Virus record (IMG/VR): IMGVR_UViG_3300037067_027616 | Span: 64,001-128,000 of that record | Origin: a virus | Lineage: Duplodnaviria > Caudoviricetes | Reading direction: 5' to 3' (one strand) | Length of the DNA: 64,000 nucleotides | Shown here: positions 45,820-54,710 of the stretch, one piece after another | How the letters are laid out: every line of letters begins with the position of its first letter | Position numbering within the stretch: the first letter of the stretch is position 1 | Made by a program: the position numbers and the translations under genes | Notes under the pieces: model-generated | Seen by the model: the letters and a program-made list of their open reading frames with translations, nothing else | Database searches by the model: none | Told to the model about the DNA's origin: nothing

Positions 45820-47016
45820 TCAAATGACGTCCTCCTTTGTTTGAGGTACTTTGAGTAGCATTTTGAAGTCCTTGTCGAGGACGTTGTCCGTGCATTTCTC
45901 CACGTTAAACGCGTCTTTTTCCGTGATGCCTATATCGTTCTTGCTCCAGACCCCTTCGCGGTCATCGAACAGTTTGCCGTAGTCCATGAGGTCGTGGTGT
46001 TCGAGGACGTACCGGGCGATTTCCTTCATGTTGGACATGCGTTGCAGGGCGGGGTGTACATTGGTGTCATAGGTATGAGTGTACCTTCTTATGTAGCGGT
46101 TTTCCTCGGATTCCTCGATGAGGAGTATGGGCGCCGAAGTGAGCATATCTCTTATGGCCCTCACCAGGATATCTTTACGGTACTCCTTCTCCCCGCCATG
46201 GCGTTCCACGGAGGTCTCGAGTTTCTCGCACGCCACCATGTACGTTTTGATGCTTTCGATGGCGAGCCGGCACTGTTTCTGCACGCCTTCGATGGTGGAG
46301 GGCAGTGGGTTGAAAGCCCCTACGTTCGTGAGGGTCACCGTAAGTTCCTTGTTATCACTCCATCCGGGCAGGCCGGCGTCCTTGACCGCCAGTGTATCGT
46401 ACATTTTGGAGGTGTAGATCTCGGCGGCGTTACGGAGGAAGTACTTGGGTAGTTCTTCGTACAGGCTTTTCCGTATGCACCACATGGGGGCTGCGCATTT
46501 ATCCCACGAGCGTGGGTTGCCATCGGGGTTGCTGTGTCGTTTTTTGTCTTCTCCCATGAACAGATATGACTCACGGTTCGCCCAAGCATGGGCCAAGGTA
46601 CCGATGGACTTCTCATCTTCGATTTTTATCCACCCCACGTCCTGCACGGTAAAATCCAAGGTGCCGTCCATAAGATTATCAAGATGGGTCCGCACCAGGG
46701 CCTCACCGTATGCCTCTGCTCCTTTGGTGTACTCGGGCAGATACGCATCGAGGGTCACCGACCAGTACATGTTTTCCGAGCGGTCGTAGTACGAATCTTT
46801 TTTGGGTTTCTCTGCCGCCCGGCACACGTGGTTTCCCAAGTCTCGTATGGCCTTACCCTGTCGTCCGCGGTTGCTCTCGATATTGTGTACGTTCACGTAT
46901 TTGGGGTTTTTGCACAGGAGGGCCTGGAGCACCTTGTGGTGCAAGCGAAGGCGGAGTTCCTCGACCCGTTGTTCCTGGGTCTGGGAGCTCGCAAGGACAC
47001 CGTGACGTAGTGACAT
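45820..47016 (-). CDS. hypothetical protein
   Basis: 398 aa, GAGGAGG RBS. Confidence 0.75.
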   Translation of the reverse strand: MSLRHGVLASSQTQEQRVEELRLRLHHKVLQALLCKNPKYVNVHNIESNRGRQGKAIRDLGNHVCRAAEKPKKDSYYDRSENMYWSVTLDAYLPEYTKGAEAYGEALVRTHLDNLMDGTLDFTVQDVGWIKIEDEKSIGTLAHAWANRESYLFMGEDKKRHSNPDGNPRSWDKCAAPMWCIRKSLYEELPKYFLRNAAEIYTSKMYDTLAVKDAGLPGWSDNKELTVTLTNVGAFNPLPSTIEGVQKQCRLAIESIKTYMVACEKLETSVERHGGEKEYRKDILVRAIRDMLTSAPILLIEESEENRYIRRYTHTYDTNVHPALQRMSNMKEIARYVLEHHDLMDYGKLFDDREGVWSKNDIGITEKDAFNVEKCTDNVLDKDFKMLLKVPQTKEDVI

Positions 47017-47880
47017 GTGTGCCTCCTCTTTTTACAGGGTGACTTCCGCCAAGTCAAACTCGTGCCCGCAGGTTTCGCAGCGGCACTTCTCGTCCTCGGT
47101 GGATTGGTCTTCGAGGTCCTCGGGGGCATCCACCTCGAACCCATCCTTGTGGAGGGTGGAGTTCATGAGGATGGTTTCTCCGGTGGCCACGAGGGTGACC
47201 TTGATCACCTTGATGGTATCGCGGCCGCATTTGGGACAGGTGTCCTTGAATGACTCGAACATGGTCACGCCTCCCTTTGCGAGGGTTTTGAGTTCTTGGA
47301 TAGAGTGTATCACGGGGGATCCACTCGGGCTACACACTCCCGGGATGTACCCGTACCGTGCCAGGACTTTGTTCAGAAGACGTTGGACTTTGGCGTAGCA
47401 ACAGGTACCCACCAAGGCGATACCGTTCCCATGGGCGTCCCGGAACTCATACAGTCCACTCTTCCCGGTTGTATCAACCCCACAAAAGCCACAGTCACGT
47501 CGTATGTCTTCCATGGTCAGTCTACCTCCTCGGCGTCTGCAACCCGGAAGCTGCTGGGCCAATTCTCTTCTCCCACACGATCGACGGCCTTGTCTTCGGC
47601 TTCATCTTCGTTGGCGGCTTCGACGGTGATGGAGCGGGTCTCGTCGGAGTTATTGTCATAGAAAAACACACGGTATTTTGACATGGTCAATCTTCCTTTC
47701 GTCCTAACCGGCAGCTTGAATGGCATCGGCAAAATCATCCTCCGCCTTCTCCGCATCCTTATCACTGATCTTAACCGTGGTGAAACTCGAATGAAATCCG
47801 CCCGTTTCCACCCCGTTGTTCAAGTAAACAACCCGTATCTCGTCCACCTCGAAAGCACCCTTATTCAGACCGGACATGAT

Positions 47881-48957
47881 TCAGTCCTCCTCTGCTTTGT
47901 ATTTGAGCTGGGTCATCAAGCACTCTGCCACATCGATGTCATCCCGTGGCTCCTTGTACTGTGGCTGGTAGAGCGAGCCTCCCATGTAGGCGTACAGGTA
48001 CCGTATCTCCACCACCGCACCGACCTTGGGTACATCCTTGTTCGGGGTGATGGTCACGTTGCCGACCGATACCCGCTTGCCCGCACCATCGATCAACTCC
48101 AACCCTACCGATCGCTTCCCCTCCCTGCCCGCAGCCACGATGCAGGATGCCTCGGCGTAAAACTTGAGTTTTACCATGTCCCCACCAGTACTCGGACGAC
48201 CGGGGGTGAACTTGGCAGACAGCTTCTTAAAGACGATGCCTTCCTTCTTCTCTGCCCGCAGCCTGTCATACAGGGCCTTTTTAGCCACATACCCGGTGAC
48301 GAGGGGGACGAGCTTCACAGATCCCTTTGAATCCTTGAGCATCCCCTCCAGATACTTGTAGCGTTCCCCGTACCCAAGGAGCCGAAGATCCTTGGTATCA
48401 TACTCCAACAGGTCAAACACATGGTAGGAGTCCCCGATGGCCTCTCCATCATACAAACCCACCTGGGGGAGTCCATCAGCGTAGGCCGTAGGATAGCCTA
48501 TCTCGATACCCTTTTTGTTGGTGGCAGTGATGGTGCTGGCAGTTTTGTGGATCATTTGGTGCTTGCCGTCTTTTTTCTCTTGGGCACCCCAAGAGTCGTC
48601 CCGGAGGTAACGCTCCACCTCGTCCTCACCGATGGGGTTGAGGAGTTGGGGGATGACCCGGTCCGCCAGGGGCGTAGTAGGCTTTGCCGCTGCGGAGGTA
48701 TAGTCCCCTCCCGTAGAGGCTCCCACGGTGTAGCCCTCGCTGGTCTTCTCGGCGACGATCTTGTTGAAGACCTTGCGGGCGGCCTCCAGGGAGACGGGCG
48801 CCTTGGTCTTGCACCCAGGATTTAGGGTAGAACCTCGGCGTCCGTACTGGAAGTTGACCAGGTAGCCTCCGTTATCCTCGACGAGCTGGAGGTGGTATTC
48901 TTTATCACTGGAGCCGGACTTGAAGAACAAGTCTGCGGAGTCTATGGTCTTGGACAT
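47881..48957 (-). CDS. WGR-domain ATP-dependent DNA ligase
   Basis: SSDKEY...YGRRG WGR-like domain; EKKDG (motif I), DGE, FDLL, EGIVFK, KLK, OB-fold VGNV...VVEIRY. Confidence 0.88.
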   Translation of the reverse strand: MSKTIDSADLFFKSGSSDKEYHLQLVEDNGGYLVNFQYGRRGSTLNPGCKTKAPVSLEAARKVFNKIVAEKTSEGYTVGASTGGDYTSAAAKPTTPLADRVIPQLLNPIGEDEVERYLRDDSWGAQEKKDGKHQMIHKTASTITATNKKGIEIGYPTAYADGLPQVGLYDGEAIGDSYHVFDLLEYDTKDLRLLGYGERYKYLEGMLKDSKGSVKLVPLVTGYVAKKALYDRLRAEKKEGIVFKKLSAKFTPGRPSTGGDMVKLKFYAEASCIVAAGREGKRSVGLELIDGAGKRVSVGNVTITPNKDVPKVGAVVEIRYLYAYMGGSLYQPQYKEPRDDIDVAECLMTQLKYKAEED

Positions 48958-49721
48958 GGTTCAGTCCTCCTATATGGTACGCTCGAAGCACCCGGCGCTG
49001 TCGTAGGCTACGAGTGTGTCGTATGGGATAGTCCCTTTGATGGCTTTGAGGGCCTTGGCCAGCAGGGCATCCCTGTTTGTCTTGCTCCCGAATTCATCCC
49101 CTTGGAGCACTTCGACGCAACGCTCGGCCTTTTTCTTGTTCGGGGTTAGGAGCACCACATCGGCGATGAGTTCTTGGTCTCCGATGTTCACTGAGGTTAC
49201 CACCACCCACATGCGTTTGGTCTTGGACATGATTCAGATCTCCTTATTATTCCGCGAGGTCCACGCGGGTGGTCTTACCCTTCTCATCGGTGACATCGAA
49301 TACCCCGTCCGACTCCCGCTGCATCTTTGCGGCGAATTCGGCGGCCTCCTGGGGGGAGGTGGCGTCAATGTCGATTTCCCATACCACGCGATACTCTTTC
49401 AGTTTCTTGGGGAGGGTCTTCCCTACCATACCGTTTCTGGACATGATCAGTCCTCCTGTTCAAGTTCGAGGTCGATGTACCGACTCACCGTGTCCCGCAC
49501 CACCGCAGCGAGCAGGTCATGGTTCACGTACCGATACTCAGGCTTCTCCAGAAACTCACCGATGATACGGCGCGAAGCGTTCTCCAACGATACCGGGTTG
49601 TCGTCCTTGTCCTGCTTCTTGAAGCACGAGTCACACAGGCGTGCTTCCGGGTCTGCATCTTCTTCCACGTGAGGGATGGCGATACCACATCCCTCACAGT
49701 GGTCTTGGTTTTCGTATGCCA

Positions 49722-50483
49722 TTATGCCGCCTTCCGGGCCTTACGGGCGTTCTGGATGTGCTTGGTTGAACCTTTCTGCTTCTTGTTCTTCATGATCGTG
49801 TCGTACTTCATGGGCCGGTTGCCGGTGGCCACGAGGAACTTCTGCATGGCCTTGGCGTAGCAGTCGGGGCAGGAGTAAGGACACACCCCTGAGGTGGACA
49901 GGTTCAGAGACTTGATTTCCGCACCCTTGGCACCGTTCAGGGTGGCACACAGCCCACACCCCAGACACCCCAGACCCTTACGGTCACAGATGTACAACCC
50001 CGCTGCCGTGTGTGCGTCCACATACTTCTCAAGGACCTTGAGGGCCTTGCCGTGGAGCCGGAACCGGGCACACTCCAATTTGTAGTCCTTGGGGTCGGCG
50101 TACTTCTCCATGACGGCGCGGCTGTTGAACCGCTGCATGGTGACCACCACCGGAGCCACAGAGAGCATGTCTTCCACGGCCTGGGCTATGTCGTGCCGAT
50201 CGGGGAGCCATTTCACCCGGAAGAAGGACACGCGGCCCCTGACAGCCCGCTGCCGTGACCGCTCGACAAGCGAGGGTACCACGTCAAGATCGGGGTTGAC
50301 GGTGATCACGGCCTTGTACAGGTGGTCGTCCAACTCCGGCAGACGCGGGGTGCGGGCGTTGCTGTTGACGAAGAACCGACAGTCGGGGTTGTCCGCCGCG
50401 AACTTGTCCAACTGCGCGAACTCTTTGTCCGTGCAGTTGAAGTTATTGCTCGTCGCCACCCTCACCACTTCTTTTATCTGCAT
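49722..50483 (-). CDS. hypothetical Fe-S/radical-SAM-like protein with C-terminal CX3CX2C
   Basis: CPYSCPDCYA plus CLGCGLC; promoter at 50521-50549. Confidence 0.55.
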   Translation of the reverse strand: MQIKEVVRVATSNNFNCTDKEFAQLDKFAADNPDCRFFVNSNARTPRLPELDDHLYKAVITVNPDLDVVPSLVERSRQRAVRGRVSFFRVKWLPDRHDIAQAVEDMLSVAPVVVTMQRFNSRAVMEKYADPKDYKLECARFRLHGKALKVLEKYVDAHTAAGLYICDRKGLGCLGCGLCATLNGAKGAEIKSLNLSTSGVCPYSCPDCYAKAMQKFLVATGNRPMKYDTIMKNKKQKGSTKHIQNARKARKAA

Positions 50484-50520
50484 GTCGTCCCCCTCTTGGG
50501 TTTCAGGTTTCATACAAAGG

Positions 50521-50549
50521 AATATACTAAAAGAATATACCTTTGTCAA
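50521..50549 (-). promoter_or_regulatory. sigma70 promoter TTGACA-N17-TATATT
   Basis: Exact motif. Confidence 0.85.
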
Positions 50550-50558
50550 CACCTTTCT

Positions 50559-51176
50559 TTATTTTCCTGAAGAAAGTTTTTCCTTGACCAGATCATCGCA
50601 GTACTCAAACTTGTCCACCAAAGCGGGGAGGTCCCTCAACTTCGCACGTTCAACGACCATCCGTTCGAGGAAATAACCGTGAGTCTCCCATTGGTAATCA
50701 CCCTTGTAATCATCATCTATGATGTACTGCTTCCTGAAGTATTTGTAGTCGGTATCCTTGATGTCCGATACCGCGTCCTTGAATTCCTCCTCATACTTCA
50801 TGAGGTAGTCGATTTCTTCCATCGCTTCATCGAGTACCTTGGAGCCATCTTGGAAAGCCAGATTTCCATAGAGGTCATTACCGGGCTCCTCATACCGCAC
50901 CTCTATTAAAAGTTTCGGGTACTCCGTGGAGAGTGTCCTAAAATCCTTCTCCGGGGGACTCCACTTGGAAGTTATCATCAGTTCGAGGGGACCGCCCACG
51001 CCCAGGGGAAGATCGGACTCGAGGCCATACGCTACACCCTTGTGTGAACAACTCTCAAGGCACCCACAAAAGGTGTCTACGAGTTTCGGATCCTGCTCGT
51101 TGATCCTCTTGCGCAGTTTCTTGAGGGACACCTTGTCACCGGAGATGGTGACATAGTTCGCACAGATGTTAGCCAT
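50559..51176 (-). CDS. YubB/DUF1281-like ferredoxin-fold protein
   Basis: MAN.CAN.V.I.G ... SKWSPP....LS.EYP.L.IE.RYEEPG. Confidence 0.7.
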   Translation of the reverse strand: MANICANYVTISGDKVSLKKLRKRINEQDPKLVDTFCGCLESCSHKGVAYGLESDLPLGVGGPLELMITSKWSPPEKDFRTLSTEYPKLLIEVRYEEPGNDLYGNLAFQDGSKVLDEAMEEIDYLMKYEEEFKDAVSDIKDTDYKYFRKQYIIDDDYKGDYQWETHGYFLERMVVERAKLRDLPALVDKFEYCDDLVKEKLSSGK

Positions 51177-51207
51177 GTGTCATCTCCTTTTCTGTACCTC
51201 GTTTTGA

Positions 51208-51243
51208 GTAACACTTATTACCTTATATGATAATAAGTGTTAC
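51208..51243. repeat. intergenic 13-bp inverted repeat
   Basis: gtaacacttatta / taataagtgttac. Confidence 0.6.
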
Positions 51244-51248
51244 CCAAA

Positions 51249-51947
51249 TCAAGCCGCTTCAGGCAGGGACAGGCGGTATTTGAGGTAGGCATCGAGCATG
51301 TCTTTCGCTTCCCGCACCGAGTAGATGTTGTCATGTTTTTTGTACTTGTCGTACAGTTCCGGCTCGGCGCACATGCGAATCACATCGCGGAGAGGAGCCT
51401 TTGCCAGCTTGAGGCATCGAGCCAGGATGCCTGGGCGTTTGTTCCGGTAAGCCAGGCCGTGCATGACGACATACGCTACATCCTTGGGCAGGGACAGGTC
51501 CAGCGAGCCGTTGTACGTGACCCACAGGGTTTCTCCGCCCGGTAATTTTTCGCAAAGGTATTCCCATCCAGGGGTGGGTTTCTTCCCGGCACCCGTGAAC
51601 ACCATCAGTTTTGTACCCTCGGCATCGAAGTCTATGATGTAGGCGAACTCCATGAAAGTCGCATCACAGAGGTTGCCGGACACATCCTGTACTTCTATCG
51701 GGCCACCTTTGAAGGGTTTGCTCCAGTCCAACTTCAAAAGGTCGTGAGCATCGTTGTCCTTTTCTTTAGAGCTAAACCACTTCACCTTTTTGGTCAAGAA
51801 CTTGAGCATCGTATCCCGGGATACACCATGGAGTCTGTCCAAGATGTGGTCGCCGGCCCAACTCGGATAGGCACTGGAGCTGATGTAGGCAGCGCGTATC
51901 CTTCCGTGCAAACGAAAACCGAACAGTCCTCGTGTGGACATGGGCAT
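51249..51947 (-). CDS. phage hypothetical protein
   Basis: MSTRG..G......AYPS..G...EFAYIIDFD. Confidence 0.7.
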   Translation of the reverse strand: MPMSTRGLFGFRLHGRIRAAYISSSAYPSWAGDHILDRLHGVSRDTMLKFLTKKVKWFSSKEKDNDAHDLLKLDWSKPFKGGPIEVQDVSGNLCDATFMEFAYIIDFDAEGTKLMVFTGAGKKPTPGWEYLCEKLPGGETLWVTYNGSLDLSLPKDVAYVVMHGLAYRNKRPGILARCLKLAKAPLRDVIRMCAEPELYDKYKKHDNIYSVREAKDMLDAYLKYRLSLPEAA

Positions 51948-52005
51948 CTCCTGGGAGGTGACGGGGTCTCCGTCACCTCCTATGGTTGTAGGGTAGAGCC
52001 TCGGG

Positions 52006-53343
52006 TCAGGCGGCCTCCGCCTCCGGCGGCGCCTGGACCACGCGGCCGTTGACGGTATCGATGTTGAGGATCTTGCCCCAGGTGACCGGGGGTTTGTTAC
52101 CGACCCCGACTATGGCCCATATGATGTTCTTGACGTGCCGCGGGCGTTCGATGGCGGGAGCCTGGCCATCGGTGAGGCAGATGACCGTCTCGTAGCGCAT
52201 CTTGTCGGCGAGTGCGAACGGCTCCTCGAAGGAGGTGCCGCCCCGTCCCTTCACATCGATGGACTTCATCTTGCGGTTGAAGGGTACGACCTTGCCCTGC
52301 AGCGCATGGTCGAACATTTGGATGTCCACGGGCATGGTCTCGGCGATGCGGTTGGTTTCGGACAGGAACTTGGACAGTTCGTTGTCGTGGATGGAACCGG
52401 ACGTATCCCACAGGAGCAGGGCGCGGCCAGTGCAATCCCTCTTGAACCCGGTGTACGGATACCCGAACCTTCTGTTCGGGCGTTTGAAGGTGTGTGACCA
52501 CGTTTTGGTGATGACGTGTCCGTAGATGGCACGGAGCAGCCGGTGCCACGCGATCCTTGACTTCTGGGCCGCGAGTATCGTCTGCTTGACATCGCCGGGC
52601 ATGTTGCCCCAGTAGCGGTCAGAGTTTTCCATCTCCCGTATCTTCTGGCGGATGATCTCATCGGCTACGGTGTTCTCTTCATCGGACCAGCCTTCGTGGC
52701 AGTCGAACCCGCCGTGGCTGCCGAGCTTCTTCCCTACACCCTTGCCTGACCCCTTGCCGCCGTTCTTGCCCTTCTTGTCACCCTCCTTGCCGTCCCCTTT
52801 GCCGTTGCCTTCCTTGTCATCGTCACCTTCGCCACCCCCACTGCCGTCCCCTTCCCCTTCGCCGTTGCCTTCCTTGTCACTCTTGTCCTGGTTGTTTTCT
52901 TTGGGGGGTGTAGGGAGAAGGTCGAAGTATTGTTCCATGGACAGCTTGTCCTTGAACTTGAATTGGGACGGGAACAATATGCCTTCGGGGGCTTTGCGGA
53001 AATTGTTTTCAACGATGAGGCAGTTGATGGCAAGGTCCGCTGCGATGTTGTGCTTCATACGTTCTGCCGCGTCCGTGGGCCGCCTGGTGGTGCAGTGATG
53101 GAGAGCCAGGTGGAACATCTCATGGGAGAAGGCATACCGTATTTGCTCATCGGAGAGGGACTCCATGTACTCCCGGTTGTAGCCCAGGGTCATGCACGAC
53201 CCCTCCACGGACACGCCCATCGTAGGTATGGACTTGACCTCCTCGCGGCGCAGGAGCATGAGGAGTTCATGCGTGAAGGGATCATCGAGGGCCATAAACC
53301 CCAGGAGCCAGTCGAACCTCTCCTGGAAGTTTTCGTACTTCAT
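52006..53343 (-). CDS. DUF2201-type metallopeptidase plus VWA domain protein
   Basis: HEMFH, NIAADLAIN, G/D-rich linker, DTSGS MIDAS, GRGGTSF, LTDG. Confidence 0.88.
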   Translation of the reverse strand: MKYENFQERFDWLLGFMALDDPFTHELLMLLRREEVKSIPTMGVSVEGSCMTLGYNREYMESLSDEQIRYAFSHEMFHLALHHCTTRRPTDAAERMKHNIAADLAINCLIVENNFRKAPEGILFPSQFKFKDKLSMEQYFDLLPTPPKENNQDKSDKEGNGEGEGDGSGGGEGDDDKEGNGKGDGKEGDKKGKNGGKGSGKGVGKKLGSHGGFDCHEGWSDEENTVADEIIRQKIREMENSDRYWGNMPGDVKQTILAAQKSRIAWHRLLRAIYGHVITKTWSHTFKRPNRRFGYPYTGFKRDCTGRALLLWDTSGSIHDNELSKFLSETNRIAETMPVDIQMFDHALQGKVVPFNRKMKSIDVKGRGGTSFEEPFALADKMRYETVICLTDGQAPAIERPRHVKNIIWAIVGVGNKPPVTWGKILNIDTVNGRVVQAPPEAEAA

Positions 53344-53355
53344 GGTGTCCCCCTT

Positions 53356-54642
53356 TTACTTTGCGGTGTCGGCCTTTGCAGGTGTCTTGAGGGCATCGAG
53401 GATGAGGTCCTGAACCGTTTTGTCCCCGTACCAATCCATGCACGCCTCGCGGCACTTGCCGAGCATGTTCTTCCACAGGTGCGCGGTCATTTCCTTGGTG
53501 AGGAGCTTGAGGTACGCAGTCAGGTTTTTCTTCTGCGCCGAGGGTATGACCTTGGACTTTGACTCCGCGATCTCTTCGACGATCATATCGGAGTACCGGC
53601 TTATCTCGATCACTTTCCCGGCATCGATAATCGCCTTGACCTTTTCGGCGACCGACTTGTTCCACCTGTTGAGGATGATGTCACCGGAGAGCGACTCGTA
53701 GTCCGTCTCGATATACCGCATGTACTCTATCGAGGCGAGCGCACCCACGTATCCCATCCCCATCATCTGGAGATAGTCGAGCGAGCTGCGGTCTTTGGCT
53801 ATCGGTTCCGGCACTTCACCGATGGCGGCAAGAGCCTCACGGGTCTTGAGGCAGTCGGAGAACATCTCCCATGCTCTGCGGTTCTGCACCTGCATGGTCA
53901 CGTCTGTTTCGGCCTGGGTGAGGAGTTCCTCGGACGGGTCGAGCAGGCGCGGGTGCAGTTTGATAAGGCTGGTGATGGTCGGGTGAAGGGGTCCCGTGAT
54001 CGGTGCGCTGATGATCTTGAGCACTTCGGGATTGGTCTTCACGGGTTCGGCTACCGGTTTTGCCGCCCAGTTGAGCCACTCTTCGACACTGGGCCGGAAC
54101 TTGATGATATAGAACCGTGACTTGAACGCCACGTCCATGACGTTGACCTGATAGTGTTCGTCACCGTTGATGGCGGCGATGATGCGCCATCCGTCACGCA
54201 GGGCGCGGGTGTTCATGGTGCGGTCGAGCACGAGTTCAAAGGCCGCCTGTTGCACTTCACGGGTGGCACGGTTGATCTCGTTGAGGAACAGGATACCTCT
54301 TTCGAGGGACGACTTCTTGCTTGCCGCTGTGGCGACCTGTCCCATGAGGTCTTCGAGTTCGAGGTCTTCTTCCTCTTTGAACGGCATCCAGTCAGGCGGC
54401 GCGAACACGGTGCGTCCCTTGACCCGGAACGGCATGCCTTTGATATCGCCCACGTCATTCTGGGACAGCCGGATATCCACACACGGGACGTTCTGAATCT
54501 GGGCGACCGTCTTGATGATGCCGTCCTTGCCTACCCCGTGGTCTCCCACGAGGAGGATGGACTGACGGATAGGCCAATGCAGGAGCACGTCCGTGGCGAA
54601 CGCCGCGTTCATGGCTCTCGCCACAACTTTATCTTCTGCCAT
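53356..54642 (-). CDS. MoxR-like AAA+ ATPase
   Basis: GDHGVGK, DIRLSQ...D.KGMP, PPDW, LFLNEINRA, IIAAIN, KSRF; adjacent to the VWA gene. Confidence 0.88.
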   Translation of the reverse strand: MAEDKVVARAMNAAFATDVLLHWPIRQSILLVGDHGVGKDGIIKTVAQIQNVPCVDIRLSQNDVGDIKGMPFRVKGRTVFAPPDWMPFKEEEDLELEDLMGQVATAASKKSSLERGILFLNEINRATREVQQAAFELVLDRTMNTRALRDGWRIIAAINGDEHYQVNVMDVAFKSRFYIIKFRPSVEEWLNWAAKPVAEPVKTNPEVLKIISAPITGPLHPTITSLIKLHPRLLDPSEELLTQAETDVTMQVQNRRAWEMFSDCLKTREALAAIGEVPEPIAKDRSSLDYLQMMGMGYVGALASIEYMRYIETDYESLSGDIILNRWNKSVAEKVKAIIDAGKVIEISRYSDMIVEEIAESKSKVIPSAQKKNLTAYLKLLTKEMTAHLWKNMLGKCREACMDWYGDKTVQDLILDALKTPAKADTAK

Positions 54643-54681
54643 TAGGTCCTCCAAACGGTTGAGGTCCTCGCCTTGACGAGT

Positions 54682-54710
54682 AATATACTAAAACAATACA
54701 CGTTTGTCAA
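54682..54710 (-). promoter_or_regulatory. sigma70 promoter TTGACA-N17-TATATT
   Basis: Exact motif. Confidence 0.85.
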
